This document shows positions 29,460 through 39,999 of a stretch of 64,000 nt of DNA, one piece after another (within the stretch, counting starts at the first letter, position 1; each line of letters starts with the position of its first letter). Below the pieces are notes generated by a model. The model was given only the letters and a program-made list of their open reading frames with translations. It was not told the DNA's origin and made no database searches. Source of the stretch: Firmicutes bacterium UBA2598 (GTDB lineage: Bacteria; Bacillota; PH28-bin88); assembly GCA_002339345.1 (NCBI GenBank), contig DDKM01000103.1:22832-86831 (forward strand), written 5' to 3'. The translations under genes were made by a program, and so were the position numbers.

Positions 29460-30806
29460 TTACCTGCTGGAAGGGGGAGGCACCGGGCGGACCACCACCC
29501 TGGTACCTTCCACCTTGACCACCCGTACCTGGATGCCTGGCAGGACATAGCTGCCATCGGTCACCACATCCAAACGTTCGCCATTCGCCATTTCCACCGC
29601 TCCCGCAGGGCGCAAGGGTGTGATGGTGACACCGGTTTCGCCCAGATAGGCCGCCAGGGAAGGCACCGGTGCCGTATACCCCTGGTCCTTCTGCTGCTTG
29701 GCATTCAGCACCAGCCGGCGCCATACCCTTCTGGTGGGCAGTAATTTGATGCTAATTGCCACCAGTACAATGGTTCCCAGCAGGGCGATGACCAGGGAGA
29801 TGACCGCCTGCTCCGTAGAGGGAGCCGCCAGTACGATACTGATCACCATGGCCAGCACTCCGCCGAAACCGGCCAGGCCAAAGCCGGGGAGAACGAAGGC
29901 TTCCACCACCAGCAGCAGGAGTCCCAACAGGAACAACAGCAGTGCCTCCCAGCCGGTAAGCCCTGCCACCATGTGACCGGCAAAATATACAGCCAGGGCC
30001 ATCACCCCGATGGTGCCGGGAACTCCAAAACCGACGGTAAAAAGCTCCATCAGGAGGCCGGCGAACCCGATGGTCAATAAAATGGGGCTGACATAGGGAT
30101 TGGTCACCCACCGGGCCACCGTTTCTGCGGTACTGGGAGTGAGTTCCACCAATCTGGCGTCCTGCAGCCCGTGATAGGCCAAAACCTGCTCCCTAGTCTG
30201 CAATTGCTGGTCAGCAATGTTATGTTCCAAGGCCTGCTGGCTGGTCAGGGTTAACAGCTTTCCTGCCGCTACCAGGCCGGGGATTTCCAAATCGGCGTCC
30301 GCCATGGCCGCAGCCACCACGGGGTCCCTCCCCCGGGCTTCAGCTGCTGCGGAGAGCTGCCGTGACCAGTAGGAAACGATCTTTTCATCCGCCTTCTGGG
30401 TACCAAAGCGCGGTTCCGCCGCACCGATGGTGCTGCCGGGCGTCATCACCAGATCATGGGAAATCAGGGCAATCAGCGCCCCGGCGGAAATGGCCCCCCC
30501 GTGCACAAAGGCGGTGGTGGGGGTTGTGGCATTGTTGATGGTGTCCCTGATGTCAGTGGCTGCTTTGATCAGCCCGCCCGGAGTGTCAATCTCCAGTATT
30601 ACCCTTTTTGCGCCAACGGCATCCGCTTCCCGATAGGCCCGCTCCAAAAACCGGGCAAGTCCCCCGTCGATGGTATTTTTCACTGGCAGGACGTAAACAA
30701 CACCATCCGCTACCGCGGCAACCTGGCCTGTCAGCCAGAACATGAGCAGCCCAAGCACCATGATCAACCTCTTGGCTGCCATCGGATCCACCTCACTCAA
30801 CAACAA
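29460..30806 (-). CDS. NfeD-family membrane-bound ClpP-class serine protease (YqeZ)
   Basis: 448 aa. Signal peptide, ClpP-like domain, transmembrane segments, and a C-terminal OB domain. Adjacent to floA as in all NfeD-SPFH pairs. Confidence 0.85.
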   Translation of the reverse strand: MLLSEVDPMAAKRLIMVLGLLMFWLTGQVAAVADGVVYVLPVKNTIDGGLARFLERAYREADAVGAKRVILEIDTPGGLIKAATDIRDTINNATTPTTAFVHGGAISAGALIALISHDLVMTPGSTIGAAEPRFGTQKADEKIVSYWSRQLSAAAEARGRDPVVAAAMADADLEIPGLVAAGKLLTLTSQQALEHNIADQQLQTREQVLAYHGLQDARLVELTPSTAETVARWVTNPYVSPILLTIGFAGLLMELFTVGFGVPGTIGVMALAVYFAGHMVAGLTGWEALLLFLLGLLLLVVEAFVLPGFGLAGFGGVLAMVISIVLAAPSTEQAVISLVIALLGTIVLVAISIKLLPTRRVWRRLVLNAKQQKDQGYTAPVPSLAAYLGETGVTITPLRPAGAVEMANGERLDVVTDGSYVLPGIQVRVVKVEGTRVVVRPVPPPSSR

Positions 30807-30853
30807 ATTATCTCCAGCTCATGATTTACCTAGTAAATACCCAGTCCAAAAGG

Positions 30854-30886
30854 CAATAGTCTGGTCAGCACCAGACTATTGCATCG
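30854..30886 (-). terminator. rho-independent terminator of rpsU (13-bp perfect stem GCAATAGTCTGGT-CAGC-ACCAGACTATTGC + CTTTTGG)
   Basis: Perfect inverted repeat 9 nt after the rpsU stop. Confidence 0.85.
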
Positions 30887-30894
30887 AAATAAGC

Positions 30895-31071
30895 TTAATT
30901 CCATTTGCGTTTCCGTGCCGCTTCGGATTTCTTCTTCCGTCTGACACTGGGCTTATCATAATGCTCTCGTTTACGAACCTCAGATAAGACGCCGGCCTTC
31001 TGGCAGGAACGCTTGAAACGCCTTAATGCGGCGTCCAGCGTTTCGTTTTTGCCAACTCTAACTTCACTCAA
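30895..31071 (-). CDS. rpsU: 30S ribosomal protein S21
   Basis: 58 aa. (M)[60 protein letters not shown] start 7 nt after GGAGGGAGGGAG. The 90-aa track ORF is an upstream extension. Confidence 0.9.
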   Translation of the reverse strand: MSEVRVGKNETLDAALRRFKRSCQKAGVLSEVRKREHYDKPSVRRKKKSEAARKRKWN

Positions 31072-31174
31072 ACCCCATCTCCCTCCCTCCGACCGACCAT
31101 GAGGCCAAACTGCTGTGAATAAGGTTGTGAATGGAACTAAATCGAACTGTTGTAACCATAGATACACATTTTAG

Positions 31175-31203
31175 ATTATACTATAGCCCCCTATGAGCGT
31201 CAA
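31175..31203 (-). promoter_or_regulatory. sigma-A promoter of rpsU (TTGACG-17-TATAAT)
   Basis: Near-consensus hexamers with 17-nt spacing, ~100 nt upstream of the rpsU start. Confidence 0.7.
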
Positions 31204-31205
31204 CC

Positions 31206-31553
31206 CTAAGCCATCCCCCGCAAGGGGCGCCCCCCGATCAAGTGGAAATGGAGGTGGTAAACCATTTGCCCGCCATCCGCCTTGCAGTTGTTTAGAACCC
31301 GGAAACCGCTGTCCGCCACACCCAGCTCCGTAGCCAGCTTAACCGCAACCAGGTGCAAGTGGCCGATGGTACCGGCGTCTTCTGCGGTAATGGCGGTCAG
31401 ATCGGGGATGTGTTTTTTCGGAATCAGCAGGACATGGACGGGGGCCACTGGATTGATGTCATGAAAGGCCATGACCCTTTCATCCTCGTATACAATTTTG
31501 GCGGGAATTTCCCGGGCAGCAATTTTACAGAAAATACACTCCATTTCCTTCAC
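31206..31553 (-). CDS. hit: HIT-family (histidine triad) nucleotide hydrolase
   Basis: 115 aa. HVHFHLIGG-type triad (HLHFHLIGG). Confidence 0.85.
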   Translation of the reverse strand: MKEMECIFCKIAAREIPAKIVYEDERVMAFHDINPVAPVHVLLIPKKHIPDLTAITAEDAGTIGHLHLVAVKLATELGVADSGFRVLNNCKADGGQMVYHLHFHLIGGRPLRGMA

Positions 31554-31559
31554 CCTTTC

Positions 31560-32909
31560 CTATGATTTGGACCGGACAGGCGTTCCCAACACCTGCCCTC
31601 CCTTGACCTCTTCCAGCACCACCGGCACCAATTGACCCTTACAATCATGGGCTGATGGAAAAACCACCCTGAGATAATTGGCGGTATGTCCCTCCCAGTA
31701 CCCGGCCATGTCGCCAGCCGGTTGTTCCACCAGCACATCCATCACCCGTTTGAGGTAACGGTTAGCATAACTCTCGGCCAGGTGGCCCGCCAGTTCAATC
31801 AGTTCCTTGCTTCTCCGCTCCTTCACCCCATGGGGAACCTGATCCGGAAAACCGGCAGCGGGGGTTCCGGCCCTGGGGGAATACTTGAAAACATGGATAC
31901 CGCCAAAACCTACCTCCCTGGCCAGCGCCACGGTGTTGGCAAACTGCTCCTCCGTTTCACCGGGGAAACCGACGATTATGTCGGTGGTGATGTTCAAGTC
32001 CGGCTGTCTGGATCGCAAGTGCTCCACCACCCGGCGGTATTCTCCCACATCATACCTGCGCCGCATACGCCGCAGCACCTGATCATCGCCACTCTGCAGA
32101 GGGATGTGCAAATGGGGACACACCACCGGTGAGGAAGTCAGGACATCCACCAGGGCAGGTGTGAATTCATTGGGGTCCAGGGAACTGACCCGTAGCCGGA
32201 TCAAACCATCCACTTGTACCAGCTCTTTGATCAGATCCGCCAGATGCACATCCCCCGGCAAGTCCAGGCCGTAGGAACCAAGGTGGACACCCGTCAGCAC
32301 CACTTCACGGTACCCGGATGCAACCAGCCGCTCCACCTCCTGCAGGGCACTTTCCAGCCCCCTGCTGCGCAGGTGACCTCTAGCCATGGGCACGATGCAG
32401 TAACTACAAAACTGCCGGCAACCTTCCTGGATTTTCAGAAAAGCCCGTACCCGGCTGCCTTCTCCCGCAGGCAGCTCTTCAAACTCCGGCCGGGTACCCA
32501 GGGGCTGCACAAAGTTGACCGGCTCCCTGGTCCTGGCAACCTGTTCCACCAGTGCCACCAGTTTGCTGCGCTGCTGAGTACCTACCACAACGTCCACCCC
32601 GGGAATGGCAAAAACCTCATCGGGTGAAACCTGAGCATAACAGCCGGTCACCGCCACCACTCCGTCAGGGTTTTGCCTGACCGCCCGTCTGATGGCCTGA
32701 CGGGATTTGGCGTCACTAAGGTGGGTTACGGTACAGGTATGGATGACATATACATCTGCCGGTTCCCGGAAGTCCACAATCCGGTATCCTGCAGACCGGA
32801 AAAGGGTTTTCAGTGAACCCAGTTCTTCCTGGTTAACCTTGCAGCCAAGGGCGTAAAAGGCCGCCCTTTTTTCCGACAATCCTTTCGCCCCCCAGATCGC
32901 CAAGTTCAT
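31560..32909 (-). CDS. mtaB: tRNA N6-threonylcarbamoyladenosine methylthiotransferase MtaB (YqeV, radical SAM MiaB-like); start uncertain
   Basis: 449 aa. N-terminal UPF0004/MTTase domain, radical-SAM CSYCIVP, and a TRAM domain. The annotated start overlaps rsmE by 77 nt, so a downstream start is likely. Confidence 0.8.
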   Translation of the reverse strand: MNLAIWGAKGLSEKRAAFYALGCKVNQEELGSLKTLFRSAGYRIVDFREPADVYVIHTCTVTHLSDAKSRQAIRRAVRQNPDGVVAVTGCYAQVSPDEVFAIPGVDVVVGTQQRSKLVALVEQVARTREPVNFVQPLGTRPEFEELPAGEGSRVRAFLKIQEGCRQFCSYCIVPMARGHLRSRGLESALQEVERLVASGYREVVLTGVHLGSYGLDLPGDVHLADLIKELVQVDGLIRLRVSSLDPNEFTPALVDVLTSSPVVCPHLHIPLQSGDDQVLRRMRRRYDVGEYRRVVEHLRSRQPDLNITTDIIVGFPGETEEQFANTVALAREVGFGGIHVFKYSPRAGTPAAGFPDQVPHGVKERRSKELIELAGHLAESYANRYLKRVMDVLVEQPAGDMAGYWEGHTANYLRVVFPSAHDCKGQLVPVVLEEVKGGQVLGTPVRSKS

Positions 32910-33645
32910 ACATCACCATGACCAGCATGGCCAGCCCGGCGGTTTCCGTCCGCAAAATGCGCGGCCCGAGACCCACGATGAGTACCCCGTAGGAAGTTGC
33001 CGCCTGCACCTCCCCTTCCGTCCAACCGCCCTCCGGCCCAACCAGCAAGGCTATTCCTGGCGGCGGTTTCTCCGCCAGCCGTCGCAACACCGAACGAATA
33101 CCCCTGGTCTGTTCACCTTCGTAGGCCATTAATACCGGGTAACCACCAGGCACCTGCCGCAGGGCATCCACCAGCGGAGCCGGCTGGCCCACCACAGGCA
33201 CCACCCCCCGGCCGCATTGTTTGGCAGCCTCTTCCGCCACCCTTTGCCAGCGCGTATGGCGCCGGTCCGCTCGTTCTGCGTTCAACTGGACCACCGAACG
33301 TTCCGCCATAACCGGAACAAGCCAGCCCATACCAAGCTCGGTCCCCTTCTGGATGACCAGTTCCAGCTTGTCCCCTTTGGGAATACCCTGTAACAGGATC
33401 ATGGAAAGGGATGGTTCCCCTGTCGCCGGTTGGGCACCGGTAATCTTAAACCGGGCGTTGTCTGTACCAAAGGAGGTTAATACCGCCTGGTAGGCTATGG
33501 CCCCCGGTCCCACGAGAGACACCCGGTCTCCGGGCCGTAGCCTCAGTACCCTTTGCATGTGTTTCACATCATCACCGGTGATGGTACATTGTCCCCCCAC
33601 TTCCAGGGCGGTATGGATAAAAAATGTATGTTTAGCCGCTTTCAT
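32833..33645 (-). CDS. rsmE: 16S rRNA (uracil1498-N3)-methyltransferase RsmE (YqeU)
   Basis: 270 aa. PUA-like N-terminus and SPOUT C-terminus (GPEGGWTEGEV, RILRTETAGLAML). Confidence 0.85.
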   Translation of the reverse strand: MKAAKHTFFIHTALEVGGQCTITGDDVKHMQRVLRLRPGDRVSLVGPGAIAYQAVLTSFGTDNARFKITGAQPATGEPSLSMILLQGIPKGDKLELVIQKGTELGMGWLVPVMAERSVVQLNAERADRRHTRWQRVAEEAAKQCGRGVVPVVGQPAPLVDALRQVPGGYPVLMAYEGEQTRGIRSVLRRLAEKPPPGIALLVGPEGGWTEGEVQAATSYGVLIVGLGPRILRTETAGLAMLVMVMYELGDLGGERIVGKKGGLLRPWLQG

Positions 33646-33655
33646 GTTTCGTTAC

Positions 33656-34591
33656 TCATTTCTCCGCCATCGCTACCATGGCAGCCCATTCCCCCGAAAG
33701 TAGAACGTCCACCAGCACAAACCCCTCATCCAACAGCACCCGCTGCACCTCCAGCAGGCGGTGGCGAATAATCCCTGCCGTGATGAACATCCCGCCCGCC
33801 CTTAAAAGGCCATAGGCTTGTGGCGCCAGGGTCATAATGACATCCGCCACGATATTGGCCACCACCAGATCAGCTTGTTCCGTCAAGCCGGCCATCAGGT
33901 CCGCTTGCCGCACCTCCACACGGTCCTGCAGGTGGTTCTTGGCCACATTGTCACCGGCGATCTTCACCGCCAGGGGATCCACATCCACCGCCACCACCCT
34001 CTCCGCTCCCAGTAGGGCTGCGGCAATGGCCAGAACACCTGATCCGGTACCCACATCGTAAACCATGGAGCCAGGTTCCAGGTTTTTCTCCAACAACTTG
34101 ATACAGGCTGCGGTGGTGGGGTGGTTGCCTGTGCCAAAGGCCATGCCGGGATCCAGCCGGATTACTACCTCGTCCTGCCCTGCTTGGTATTCTTCCCAGG
34201 TAGGGCATACCACAACCCTGTTACCAATGAGTTGTGGGTGAAAGTGGGCCTTCCACGCCGTTGCCCAGTCCTCCTCACAGACCTCGCACAGGGTGACATC
34301 AAGGGGATGGCCGGGGAAATGGTTTGCCAGTTCATTCAGTTTCGCCCGAAAACAATCCAACCTTTCCGCCAGGTCGGCATCCACCGGCAGGTAAGCCTTC
34401 ACCACCACGTTCTCCGCCTCCAGCAACTCCGGTGACAAATCATAGGCATCCCACTTAGCCTCAGAAAGGTAGCGGGCAATATCCCCCGGGTCCTGGATCA
34501 CCACACCTGCAGCACCGGTCTGGTAAAAGGACTCCGCTACCGCCTCAGCAGCCTCCGGTGAGGTAGCTACGGCTATTTCCTGCCATTTCAT
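33656..34591 (-). CDS. prmA: ribosomal protein L11 methyltransferase
   Basis: 311 aa. SAM-binding motif DVGTGSGVLAIAA. Confidence 0.9.
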   Translation of the reverse strand: MKWQEIAVATSPEAAEAVAESFYQTGAAGVVIQDPGDIARYLSEAKWDAYDLSPELLEAENVVVKAYLPVDADLAERLDCFRAKLNELANHFPGHPLDVTLCEVCEEDWATAWKAHFHPQLIGNRVVVCPTWEEYQAGQDEVVIRLDPGMAFGTGNHPTTAACIKLLEKNLEPGSMVYDVGTGSGVLAIAAALLGAERVVAVDVDPLAVKIAGDNVAKNHLQDRVEVRQADLMAGLTEQADLVVANIVADVIMTLAPQAYGLLRAGGMFITAGIIRHRLLEVQRVLLDEGFVLVDVLLSGEWAAMVAMAEK

Positions 34592-34603
34592 AAAAACCCA
34601 CTC

Positions 34604-35722
34604 CTAACCCATAAAGGCATCCTTCATTTTTTCGAAAAAACCCTTTTCCCCGGCCCGGTTCTCCTGGGAAAGGGATCGCTCCAATTCCCGCAACAGTTCC
34701 TTCTGCCTTTCGGACAGGTTGGTGGGTGTAATCACCATGATGCGAACATGATGGTCTCCGCGGCCATAACCCCGGAGCCGCGGGATACCCTTATTTTTTA
34801 AACGAAAACTGGTGCCGGACTGGGTTCCTTCTGGAATCTTGACCTTCACGTGGCCATCTAGTGTTGGTACCTGCAATTCCGCTCCCAAGGCCGCCTGGGT
34901 AAAGGAAACAGAATGATCGCTCAACACGTCGAAATCCCGCCGCCGGAACAAGGGATGTGGACGCACACTGATGTCCACATAGAGATCACCCGGCGGTCCG
35001 CCCAGCGTCCCCGGTTCACCCTCACCGCTAATGCGTAACCGCGACCCGGTATCCACCCCGGCGGGAACCCGTACATGGATTTTCCGCTCCCGCCGCACGG
35101 CACCACGGCCGCGGCACTCCTTACAAGGGGTGTTGATCACCTTCCCGCTGCCGTGGCACTGACTACAGGTGCGAACCGTCTGAAAACGGCCCAAGGGTGT
35201 GGCCTGGGTGACCTTGATCTGCCCGGTGCCATGGCAAGCGGGGCACCGGGAGGGATGGGTGCCTGGTTCGGCACCTGATCCCTGACAGGCCGGGCACTCC
35301 TCTTGCCTGGTAACCTGTACATCCCTTTCCACCCCAAAGGCAGCTTCTTCAAAGCTGATGTCCAGATCCAACTGCAGGTCCGCCCCCTTGCGTGGACCAC
35401 GCTGGGTGCCGCCAAAACCGCCACCGAAAAACATTTCGAAAATGTCACCAAAACCGCCGAACCCGCCCTGGAAATCACCTTGGCCAAACCCGCCGGGATC
35501 CGTGCCCGCATGGCCAAATTGATCGTAGCGGGCTCGTTTTTCCGGGTCACTGAGCACCTCGTAGGCTTCGTTGATTTCCTTGAAACGCTCCTCGGCTTCC
35601 TTGTTGCCTGGGTTAACATCCGGGTGATATTTGCGGGCCAGTTGCCGGTAAGCCTTTTTAAGATCATTCTCGGTAGCCTCCCGGCCTACCCCAAGCACTT
35701 CATAGTAGTCCCTTTTTGCCAA
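34604..35722 (-). CDS. dnaJ: chaperone DnaJ
   Basis: TTG start gives (M)[12 protein letters not shown]-domain HPD, G/F region, four CxxCxGxG zinc repeats. Confidence 0.9.
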   Translation of the reverse strand: MAKRDYYEVLGVGREATENDLKKAYRQLARKYHPDVNPGNKEAEERFKEINEAYEVLSDPEKRARYDQFGHAGTDPGGFGQGDFQGGFGGFGDIFEMFFGGGFGGTQRGPRKGADLQLDLDISFEEAAFGVERDVQVTRQEECPACQGSGAEPGTHPSRCPACHGTGQIKVTQATPLGRFQTVRTCSQCHGSGKVINTPCKECRGRGAVRRERKIHVRVPAGVDTGSRLRISGEGEPGTLGGPPGDLYVDISVRPHPLFRRRDFDVLSDHSVSFTQAALGAELQVPTLDGHVKVKIPEGTQSGTSFRLKNKGIPRLRGYGRGDHHVRIMVITPTNLSERQKELLRELERSLSQENRAGEKGFFEKMKDAFMG

Positions 35723-35790
35723 AGGAGTCACCTTCCCCGATGGATTTCTGGCCGGAATCTCCATTGTTGATCATATGCACATTTATACCA

Positions 35791-35822
35791 AAGGCAGACA
35801 GGGAGCCCCTGGCTCCCCCGTC
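35791..35822 (-). terminator. hairpin (attenuator/terminator) between dnaK and dnaJ
   Basis: CAGACGGGGGAGCC-AGG-GGCTCCCTGTCTG followed by CCTTTGG on the minus strand. Confidence 0.4.
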
Positions 35823-35845
35823 TGTTTCCTCAACAACCCAAAAGG

Positions 35846-37678
35846 CTATTTTTTGTCATCATTCATGACTTCGTACTCGGCATCCACGACCTTATCCCCA
35901 CCTGCTGCCTGGCCGGTCCCCCCTGCCTGGGGGTTGGCCTGCGCACCGGCCTGCTGATAAGCCTTGGTGGTGATGGTGTAGAGGGCCTGGGACAGTGCTT
36001 CCGCTTTTTGTTTGATGGCCTCCAGATCGTTGCCGGCCAGGGCGTTTTGTAAATCCTTCTTCGCCGCTTCTGCCCTGTCCTTATCGGCAGGTTCGATTTT
36101 TCCTTCCAGGTCCTTTAATGTGCGATCCGTCTGGTACACAAGGGAATCCGCCTGGTTTCTGGTTTCTACTTCCTCCTTGCGTTTCCTGTCTTGCTCGGCA
36201 AAGGCTTCGGCATCCTTGATCATCCGCTGGATCTCGCTTTCCGACAGGCCGCTGGAGGCGGTGATGGTGATGGCTTGATGTTTGCCTGTAGCAAGATCCT
36301 TTGCCGACACATGGACAATGCCATTGGCATCAATATCAAATTTGACCTCGATTTGGGGGATACCCCGCGGCGCAGGCGCAATACCCGTTAACTGGAAGCG
36401 GCCCAGGGTCTTGTTATCGGCAGCCATCTGCCGCTCACCTTGCAAGACATGAATTTCCACCATTGTCTGGTTATCGGCGGCGGTGGAGAAAATCTGGCTC
36501 TTGGAGGTCGGGATGGTGGTATTCCGCTCAATGAGCCTGGTAAATACACCACCCAGTGTCTCAATGCCAAGGGACAGGGGCGTTACATCCAGCAGCAACA
36601 CATCCTTGACTTCACCGGCCAGTACTCCCGCCTGGATGGCGGCACCCAAGGCCACACACTCATCGGGGTTGATGCCCTTATGGGGTTCCTTACCGGTCAA
36701 CCTTTTTACCGTCTGCTGCACCAGGGGAATCCGGGTGGAACCACCCACCAGGATCACCTTGTCGATATCCTCCGGCTTCAAACCGGCGTCCGCCAGGGCC
36801 TGGCGGGTTGGCCCCTCGGTTTTTTCCACCAGATCGGCAATCAGTTCCTCAAATCTGGCCCTGGTCAGGGTCAAATCAAGGTGTTGGGGTCCATCCTCGG
36901 TGGCTGTGATGAAGGGTAGGTTGATGTTGCTCTGGGTTACACTGGAAAGTTCATGTTTGGCCTTTTCCGCCGCTTCCTTTAAGCGCTGCATGGCCACCTT
37001 GTCCTTGGTCAGATCCACACCAGTTGATTTCTTAAACTCAGCCGCCAGCCAGTGCATGATGCGCTCATCGAAGTCATCTCCGCCCAACCGGTTGTTGCCG
37101 CTGGTGGCTTTGACCTCAAATACCCCGTCACCTAGCTCCAGGATGGATACGTCAAAGGTGCCGCCACCCAGGTCATAGACCAGAATGGTGTGATCTTCAC
37201 CCTTATCCAAACCGTAGGAGAGGGCAGCTGCGGTAGGTTCATTGATGATGCGCAATACCTCCAGGCCGGCAATTTTGCCGGCGTCCTTGGTGGCCTGGCG
37301 CTGGCTATCGGTGAAATATGCGGGTACGGTGATTACCGCCTGGGTGACCGGCTCACCCAGGTAAGCCTCGGCATCCGTCTTCAGCTTTTGCAAAATCATG
37401 GCGGAAATTTCCGGCGGTGTATAGGCTTTATCGTCAATCCTGACCCGGTGATCCGTCCCCATATGTCTTTTGATCGATGCAATGGTGCGATCGGGGTTGG
37501 TGATAGCCTGTCTCTTGGCCACCTGTCCCACCAACCGCTCGCCGTTTTTGGTAAAGGCCACCACCGAAGGAGTGGTACGGTTTCCCTCGGCATTGGGAAT
37601 GACCACCGCTTCCCCTCCCTCCATTACCGCTACACAGGAGTTGGTGGTACCCAAATCTATGCCAATTACCTTACCCAT
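35846..37678 (-). CDS. dnaK: chaperone DnaK (Hsp70)
   Basis: 610 aa. [18 protein letters not shown]... canonical. Confidence 0.97.
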   Translation of the reverse strand: MGKVIGIDLGTTNSCVAVMEGGEAVVIPNAEGNRTTPSVVAFTKNGERLVGQVAKRQAITNPDRTIASIKRHMGTDHRVRIDDKAYTPPEISAMILQKLKTDAEAYLGEPVTQAVITVPAYFTDSQRQATKDAGKIAGLEVLRIINEPTAAALSYGLDKGEDHTILVYDLGGGTFDVSILELGDGVFEVKATSGNNRLGGDDFDERIMHWLAAEFKKSTGVDLTKDKVAMQRLKEAAEKAKHELSSVTQSNINLPFITATEDGPQHLDLTLTRARFEELIADLVEKTEGPTRQALADAGLKPEDIDKVILVGGSTRIPLVQQTVKRLTGKEPHKGINPDECVALGAAIQAGVLAGEVKDVLLLDVTPLSLGIETLGGVFTRLIERNTTIPTSKSQIFSTAADNQTMVEIHVLQGERQMAADNKTLGRFQLTGIAPAPRGIPQIEVKFDIDANGIVHVSAKDLATGKHQAITITASSGLSESEIQRMIKDAEAFAEQDRKRKEEVETRNQADSLVYQTDRTLKDLEGKIEPADKDRAEAAKKDLQNALAGNDLEAIKQKAEALSQALYTITTKAYQQAGAQANPQAGGTGQAAGGDKVVDAEYEVMNDDKK

Positions 37679-37717
37679 ACTTTAATACCCCCTAAAAGAT
37701 TTTTGCCGTACAATTTG

Positions 37718-38380
37718 TCACCGGGCGACCTTGACCAGTGATGGCCTGATCACCCTGTCACGCAAGCGGTAACCCTTCTGTAAATCTTCCACCACAGTAT
37801 TTTCTTCCACCCCTTCTACTTCCACCTGCATTACCGCATGGTGCTGCACAGGATCAAAGGGGTGTCCAACTGACTGGATTTCTGCCAGTCCCCGCCTGGA
37901 CAGGCTATCCTTCATCTGGCGGCAGATCATGCTGACCCCCTCCAGATAAGCATTAACATCCCCTCCCGCCGGCGCCGCCACCGCCCGTTCCAGGTTATCA
38001 AGCACCGGTAGCAGGTCTTTCATCAGATCCTCGTTAGCATACATCACCAGTTCTTCCTGCTCCCGGCGTACCCGGCGGCGGTAGTTCTCAAAGTCCGCCT
38101 GCAGCCGCTGCAGCCGCTGAAACAAGTCCTGGCACTCCGCCTCCTTGGCGGCCAGCATTGCTCTATACTCCTCAATGGTAGCCGGCTGTTCCGGTTCATC
38201 CCCCGGCTCGCCTGGCTGCTGTCCGGCCTGCTCCGACTGTTGCACCTGCTGTTCCGGGGATCCTTCTGCCTGCACCACCTGTTCTTCCACTCCTTGGGGA
38301 TTTGGTGCGTTGTTTTCATCCTCAGCCAGTTTTCCGGCCGGCCGTTCCGCTAATCCCTCCGTCACGTCCATCCACCTCAC
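37718..38380 (-). CDS. grpE: nucleotide exchange factor GrpE
   Basis: 220 aa. Low-complexity N-terminus, then a coiled coil and the GrpE beta domain. Confidence 0.9.
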   Translation of the reverse strand: MRWMDVTEGLAERPAGKLAEDENNAPNPQGVEEQVVQAEGSPEQQVQQSEQAGQQPGEPGDEPEQPATIEEYRAMLAAKEAECQDLFQRLQRLQADFENYRRRVRREQEELVMYANEDLMKDLLPVLDNLERAVAAPAGGDVNAYLEGVSMICRQMKDSLSRRGLAEIQSVGHPFDPVQHHAVMQVEVEGVEENTVVEDLQKGYRLRDRVIRPSLVKVAR

Positions 38381-38388
38381 TGATCCAT

Positions 38389-39963
38389 CTATGTTTTGAG
38401 GCTGTCCAAACCCCCACGGGGCGGACCGCCACCTTCTTCCTTCTTCTTAATGATTGTATCGATCCGCAAGATGGCCTCCGCCACCTCTGCCGCGGCCTTC
38501 AGGGCATGCAACTTGACAAGGGCGGGGTCAACCACCCCCAGTTCCATCATATCCGCCACTTCCCCTGAATCGCAATCCACCGCCAGGGATACAGAGGACC
38601 TTTCCGCCTGTGCCGCCAGGACATCCCCCAGTTTTTCCAGCGGGTTAAAACCGGCATTGGCGATGATCTGGGAAAACGGGCGCTGCAGCGCTGCCACCAC
38701 ACAATCAACCCCATAGGCAGCCATACCTCGCACCTCATTACGCAGACCCTCCACATGGCGAGCAGCTGCCAGTTCAATGGACCCGCCACCCGGTACAATC
38801 CCGCCGGTCACTGCCGCCTGCACCGCGGCGGCTGCGTCTTTGGCAATTCTTTCCCGCTCCCCTACCACCTCATCGGTGGCCGCTCCAACCAGCAGGGTGG
38901 CCAACGGCTTACCCCCACCGGCCAGGATCCTTACCTGTTCCAGTTTTTCATCCACCACCACCCGCCCTGCCGTGCCAAGGCAGCGGGCCAGATCGGCGAC
39001 ATCCCGCCGCAACCCTGATCGTTTTATCAACCGCGCCCCACAGTGCTCGGCGGTACGGACCAGTTCCTTGTGGGAAACGCGCTGGATCACCATAATTCCG
39101 GCCTCGGTCAGTATTTCCTCCGCCTCGTCATCCACTCCCCGGTCCACCAGGATTAGCTGAACGCCAAGGGCAACCAGCTTGGCCAGGTGCCGCCGGAACT
39201 CCTCCCGTAGGGCCAGGTACCGCTGGAAGCCCGCCTCCGTTCCCAGCGCCTCATCCTCCAGCGCCTCCGGCTCCAGGGCATCATCAACCACCAGCACCCG
39301 GGCATCATGTAGTTCCCTGGGCATTTCCCTATTCATCCGGTCCTTACTAATAATGGTGCCGGAAAAAACGGTGCTTTCCGCTCCAACTTCCGCCACCACC
39401 GTATCCGCCAGCCGGAAAAATGGGTCTTGCAGTTTTTCCAGTCCAGTTAACCTGGCATCCTCCACCACCAGTTCGGCAATATCTCCGTGCCCCCGGCCAG
39501 CTACCAGCGCTACCCTGGTCAGCAGGGGATCATCCAAACTGTGCACTGGCCTGGCCTGCTCCCGGATAAATGTCAAAGCCCTTTGCACCCCCGCCCGGAT
39601 ACCTTCAATCACCCTGGCCACCGGTACTCCCCGGACCACCTGGTCCAGACCTGAAGCCACCAGGGTGCCGGCCAGGATGGTAGTGGTGGTGGTGCCATCC
39701 CCCACCTGTTCCTGTTGGGACTTGGCAGCATTGATGAGTATCCTGGCCGCCGGGTGGTTGACCTCCATCAAATTGAGGATGGTCAAGCCGTCGTTGGTAA
39801 TCACCACGTCGCCGAATTTATCCACCAGCATGGTGTCAAGACCCTTCGGTCCAATGGTACCCTCCACTGCTGTGGAAATGGCCCGCAGGGCATTGGTGTT
39901 GGTCATCAGCGCGGCCAGGCGCTCATCTACTTCGGTATTCTGGCTGACCTGCTTGACGCTCAA
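38389..39963 (-). CDS. group II chaperonin (thermosome/CCT-like, archaeal type) encoded inside the bacterial dnaK operon
   Basis: 524 aa. LRAISTAVEGTIGPKGLDTMLVDKFGDVVITNDGLTILNLMEVNHPAARILINAAKSQQEQVGDGTTTTTILAG is the thermosome/TCP-1 equatorial-domain signature. TTG start after GGGGG. 36 nt downstream of hrcA and 8 nt upstream of grpE. Confidence 0.85.
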   Translation of the reverse strand: MSVKQVSQNTEVDERLAALMTNTNALRAISTAVEGTIGPKGLDTMLVDKFGDVVITNDGLTILNLMEVNHPAARILINAAKSQQEQVGDGTTTTTILAGTLVASGLDQVVRGVPVARVIEGIRAGVQRALTFIREQARPVHSLDDPLLTRVALVAGRGHGDIAELVVEDARLTGLEKLQDPFFRLADTVVAEVGAESTVFSGTIISKDRMNREMPRELHDARVLVVDDALEPEALEDEALGTEAGFQRYLALREEFRRHLAKLVALGVQLILVDRGVDDEAEEILTEAGIMVIQRVSHKELVRTAEHCGARLIKRSGLRRDVADLARCLGTAGRVVVDEKLEQVRILAGGGKPLATLLVGAATDEVVGERERIAKDAAAAVQAAVTGGIVPGGGSIELAAARHVEGLRNEVRGMAAYGVDCVVAALQRPFSQIIANAGFNPLEKLGDVLAAQAERSSVSLAVDCDSGEVADMMELGVVDPALVKLHALKAAAEVAEAILRIDTIIKKKEEGGGPPRGGLDSLKT

Positions 39964-39999
39964 AAGACTGCCCCCGTTTCAACACTCCCCCCAGGGAGC

